DNA from: Deltaproteobacteria bacterium
GTDB taxonomy: Bacteria > Desulfobacterota > UBA8473
Direction: 5' to 3'
Length of the DNA: 48,486 nucleotides
Assembly: GCA_030623035.1 (NCBI GenBank)
Contig: JAUXFK010000001.1
Coordinates: 1 to 48,486, forward strand
Position 1 is the first letter of the stretch. Every line of letters starts with the position of its first letter. This document shows, piece by piece, positions 46,275 to 48,486 of the stretch. The notes below the pieces were generated by a model, which was not told the DNA's origin, searched no databases, and saw nothing but the letters and a program-made list of their open reading frames with translations. A program made the position numbers and the translations under genes.

Positions 46275-46426
46275 TGTATATTTTATTTAGTGTATTTGTT
46301 GAAGAAAGTCAATCAAATTCCTTATGGATATAAGGGGTAGCGACAATAAGCAATTGATTTCTTAAGTTTACTGATATATGTTATTCAAATAGAATTTGTC
46401 AACAACGAAAAGAATGGAGATACAAA

Positions 46427-47092
46427 ATGAAGCTCAAAGACAACCTTTTCTACTATCCCTGGATGAATATGATGGAGAATAATTGTAATAGCTATTACCT
46501 GGGAGGAGATATCCCCACCCTTATTGATACAGGCCACAAGCATCGGGTAAATGACCTGTTATCCCAAATAAAAAGTGATGGAATAGATCCCAAAGGGATA
46601 AAATTGATCATCACAACACACGCCCATCCAGACCATTTCGAAGGGAACCAGCTTTTTGATCAGAATGGGGTCATGATAGCCATGCATAAACAAGAGGAAA
46701 TGTTCATCAGCGAAATGGGGGAAAGCTTTTCCCGAATGTTAGGTATGAAGATGCCGGATATTAAGATAGATTTCTACCTTAAAGAAGGAAATCTCAAATT
46801 GGGTAAGGACGAGCTGCAAATCTATCATACGCCAGGTCATTCCCCGGGGTCTATATCTCTGTATTGGCCAGAAAAGAAGGCCCTTATAACTGGCGATGTG
46901 GTATTCAATCAAGGTGTTGGGAGGACGGATTTCCCTGGATGCAGTGGAAAATTATTAAAAGAGAGTATAGAGAGGTTATCCAGGTTAGATGTAGAGTACC
47001 TGCTGCCAGGTCATGGAGATATCATCTCCGGGAGAGATGAAGTAAGATCGAACTTTGATTCAATAAAGAGATCGATATTCCCCTATATCTAA
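46427..47092 (+). CDS. MBL-fold metallo-hydrolase
   Basis: 221 aa. THAHPDH metal motif, HTPGHSPGS, GDVVF. Confidence 0.85.
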   Translation: MKLKDNLFYYPWMNMMENNCNSYYLGGDIPTLIDTGHKHRVNDLLSQIKSDGIDPKGIKLIITTHAHPDHFEGNQLFDQNGVMIAMHKQEEMFISEMGESFSRMLGMKMPDIKIDFYLKEGNLKLGKDELQIYHTPGHSPGSISLYWPEKKALITGDVVFNQGVGRTDFPGCSGKLLKESIERLSRLDVEYLLPGHGDIISGRDEVRSNFDSIKRSIFPYI

Positions 47093-47120
47093 TTTCATGA
47101 CAGACCCTAAGTTCTTTAAT

Positions 47121-48347
47121 TTAAAAGAAGTATGCAACAGAACCCGATATAGAGAACCCTGAAACATCGATCAAACTATCGTTTGCCCTTACTCCTCCTA
47201 TGTTTGGCGGGGTATAGTCGAATTCAATACCTCGATATAAAAAGTCAAAGCCGAGCTTGAACCGGGATTTCAGAATATACACGCCACAACCGGTCTCCCA
47301 ACCGAGACCATCGTCAAATTCGCCGGGGATTTCGTCCCAATCGAAGGTTCCGTAAACCGCTCCCCCTTTCAAATAAGGGAAAATCGAGTCCGATACATCG
47401 ATGGTTAATTCCGGGCCTATTGAAAGAAACATTGCATTGATCTCATCTGCGAATGCATATTCAAAGCTGCCGTACATATTAAAGTCCTTAAAAACCCTGA
47501 TGCTAGAGACAAGTGCAGCCTGGGCCGTGTCACCTGTAAACGACCATGTCATGGTTCCGGATACTCGCTCTTCGGTTATTTCGAAGTCACTTGCAGCGCT
47601 TGAAGTAAAAGCACCGGCCTTCAGATACATGGAAAACAAACGATCTTTTTGCAAATCTCGTTGTTTCAAGATGCTTTTTATCGGCGTTTTTTCAACCGGC
47701 GAGATTTCCCCCTTTTCCGCTTCAGTAAGCTCTAGAGTATGTTGTGTTTTTTCGTTATATGCTTTGGCCTCAACTCTTTTATCTAAAGGCAGCAGATCTA
47801 TTTTCTTTTCCCTTTGTTTTTTACCGGCTTTAATCGATAGAGGTTCCTTTCTTTCACGTTCAGCAGAGACTTTGCGTGAATCGGTTTCGGTTTGCAAATA
47901 TTTATCTGTCTCAGTAGTGTCACGAGGGCTTGCTTCGGTTGTTTCTTGCATAGCAATTATGGAATAGTAAGATATAATCTTTTGTTGTTTCAATCTTATT
48001 GCATTTTGTTTTGCTTCTTTTTTCGAGTCAAACCTGCCAATATAAACCCTATACCATTTCCCCTTACCTGCTACGGATTCATACTGATGAAAGGCTTGCA
48101 AACCGCTCTTTTCTAATTTAGACACCTCAGATTCGGCATTTTTGTGATATTTATGCGAACTCACATGAATCGAATAAAAACTCCTGGGTATGTCTGCAGA
48201 AAATATGGAACCGGGGATTACGTGAAGTGTAATAATAATTAACAATACAATTGAGATTCTAAGGATATGTGTGATCTGAAACATGGAAATCAAATTATAG
48301 TTCGTATCCATCCACATATAGTCCTTTTGCAAAACAGGTGTGATCAT
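47121..48347 (-). CDS. SPOR-domain protein fused to a C-terminal beta-barrel-like domain (start uncertain: 48347, 48317 or 48284)
   Basis: Signal-like ILRISIVLLIIITLHVIPGSIFSA. SPOR-like YSIHVSSHKY...WYRVYIGRFDSKKEAKQ. Charged K/E linker. The C-terminus has alternating hydrophobic beta-strand patterns and ends in ...GSVAYFF (terminal Phe, typical of outer-membrane proteins). Confidence 0.7.
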   Translation of the reverse strand: MITPVLQKDYMWMDTNYNLISMFQITHILRISIVLLIIITLHVIPGSIFSADIPRSFYSIHVSSHKYHKNAESEVSKLEKSGLQAFHQYESVAGKGKWYRVYIGRFDSKKEAKQNAIRLKQQKIISYYSIIAMQETTEASPRDTTETDKYLQTETDSRKVSAERERKEPLSIKAGKKQREKKIDLLPLDKRVEAKAYNEKTQHTLELTEAEKGEISPVEKTPIKSILKQRDLQKDRLFSMYLKAGAFTSSAASDFEITEERVSGTMTWSFTGDTAQAALVSSIRVFKDFNMYGSFEYAFADEINAMFLSIGPELTIDVSDSIFPYLKGGAVYGTFDWDEIPGEFDDGLGWETGCGVYILKSRFKLGFDFLYRGIEFDYTPPNIGGVRANDSLIDVSGFSISGSVAYFF

Positions 48348-48365
48348 AATAAGTAACTTTCATTA

Positions 48366-48486
48366 TTTAGTGCCCATCCATAAATGGCCCTTTTGCCCAA
48401 TCTCTGTGTCAGGCTCAGATTTTAATCCTCGAAATATCTCAATATATTCCTGTGGTTAAAATCTTCGCCTTCCTTGACCTTGAACA
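48366..48486 (+). repeat. Dispersed repeat family D, copy 2 (runs into the window edge)
   Basis: Same core as 2547..2595 with one mismatch. Carries an extra ~40 nt before CCTTCCTTGACCTTGAACA. Preceded by GTAACTTTCATTATTTAGTGCC at ~48353. Confidence 0.6.

Noticed and set aside
2536-48486. Family D direct repeats as attL/attR of a 45.8-kb integrated element
   Set aside because: The interval carries core housekeeping genes (rpsA, aroA, cmk, pheA, tyrA, nrdDG) and no integrase, excisionase or conjugation genes. A dispersed repeat is the simpler explanation.
1-48486. CRISPR arrays, tRNA, rRNA, tmRNA, RNase P and riboswitches upstream of pheA, the PRTase or nrdD
   Set aside because: There are no regularly spaced short repeats. 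No tRNA-like T-arm/acceptor patterns and no conserved cores of these RNAs were recognised by eye. The repeats present are TIR-bounded elements, not arrays. A covariance-model scan would be needed to exclude small RNAs fully.

Overview
This is an AT-rich chromosomal segment, roughly 40% GC by eye, from an anaerobic bacterium. The lineage cannot be fixed from the sequence alone. In order, the coding content is: ftsY (5' partial); a fused Memo/AMMECR1 protein; an nrdD / thioredoxin-like / CheY-receiver / nrdG anaerobic ribonucleotide reductase operon behind tandem NrdR-like boxes; and a ~13 kb acyl-CoA / organic-acid cassette (MFE-2-type SDR, flavodoxin, two family-III CoA-transferases, MFS carrier, acyl-CoA dehydrogenase, split MaoC hydratase pair, amidohydrolase). 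Next come methyltransferase, Nudix and PPC genes, a secreted YVTN beta-propeller/Fn3 protein, and larA-glcD. A conserved housekeeping block follows (pheA-tyrA-aroA-cmk-rpsA-sppA-ihfB-ppx), then a crotonase and an OYE-type reductase, and a family-5 SBP ABC importer with no ATPase genes. The window ends with a Nudix hydrolase, an XRE-cupin regulator, an MBL hydrolase and a SPOR/beta-barrel protein. I found no rRNA, tRNA or CRISPR array. The strongest signal outside the genes is a dense population of miniature inverted-repeat elements (MITEs). There are at least 11 copies or fragments in three sequence types, and all terminate in GTAAC...GTTAC. Six intact copies carry 8-bp target-site duplications, five perfect and one 7/8. 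No transposase is present in the window. One type is a GC-richer 325-bp element that has a second, partial copy sharing a 19-nt core. Other dispersed repeats also occur: an IPAFAGMT-type palindromic element, and a ~50-85-bp repeat near both window ends. All coordinates for non-ORF features were counted by hand and may be off by 1-2 nt.
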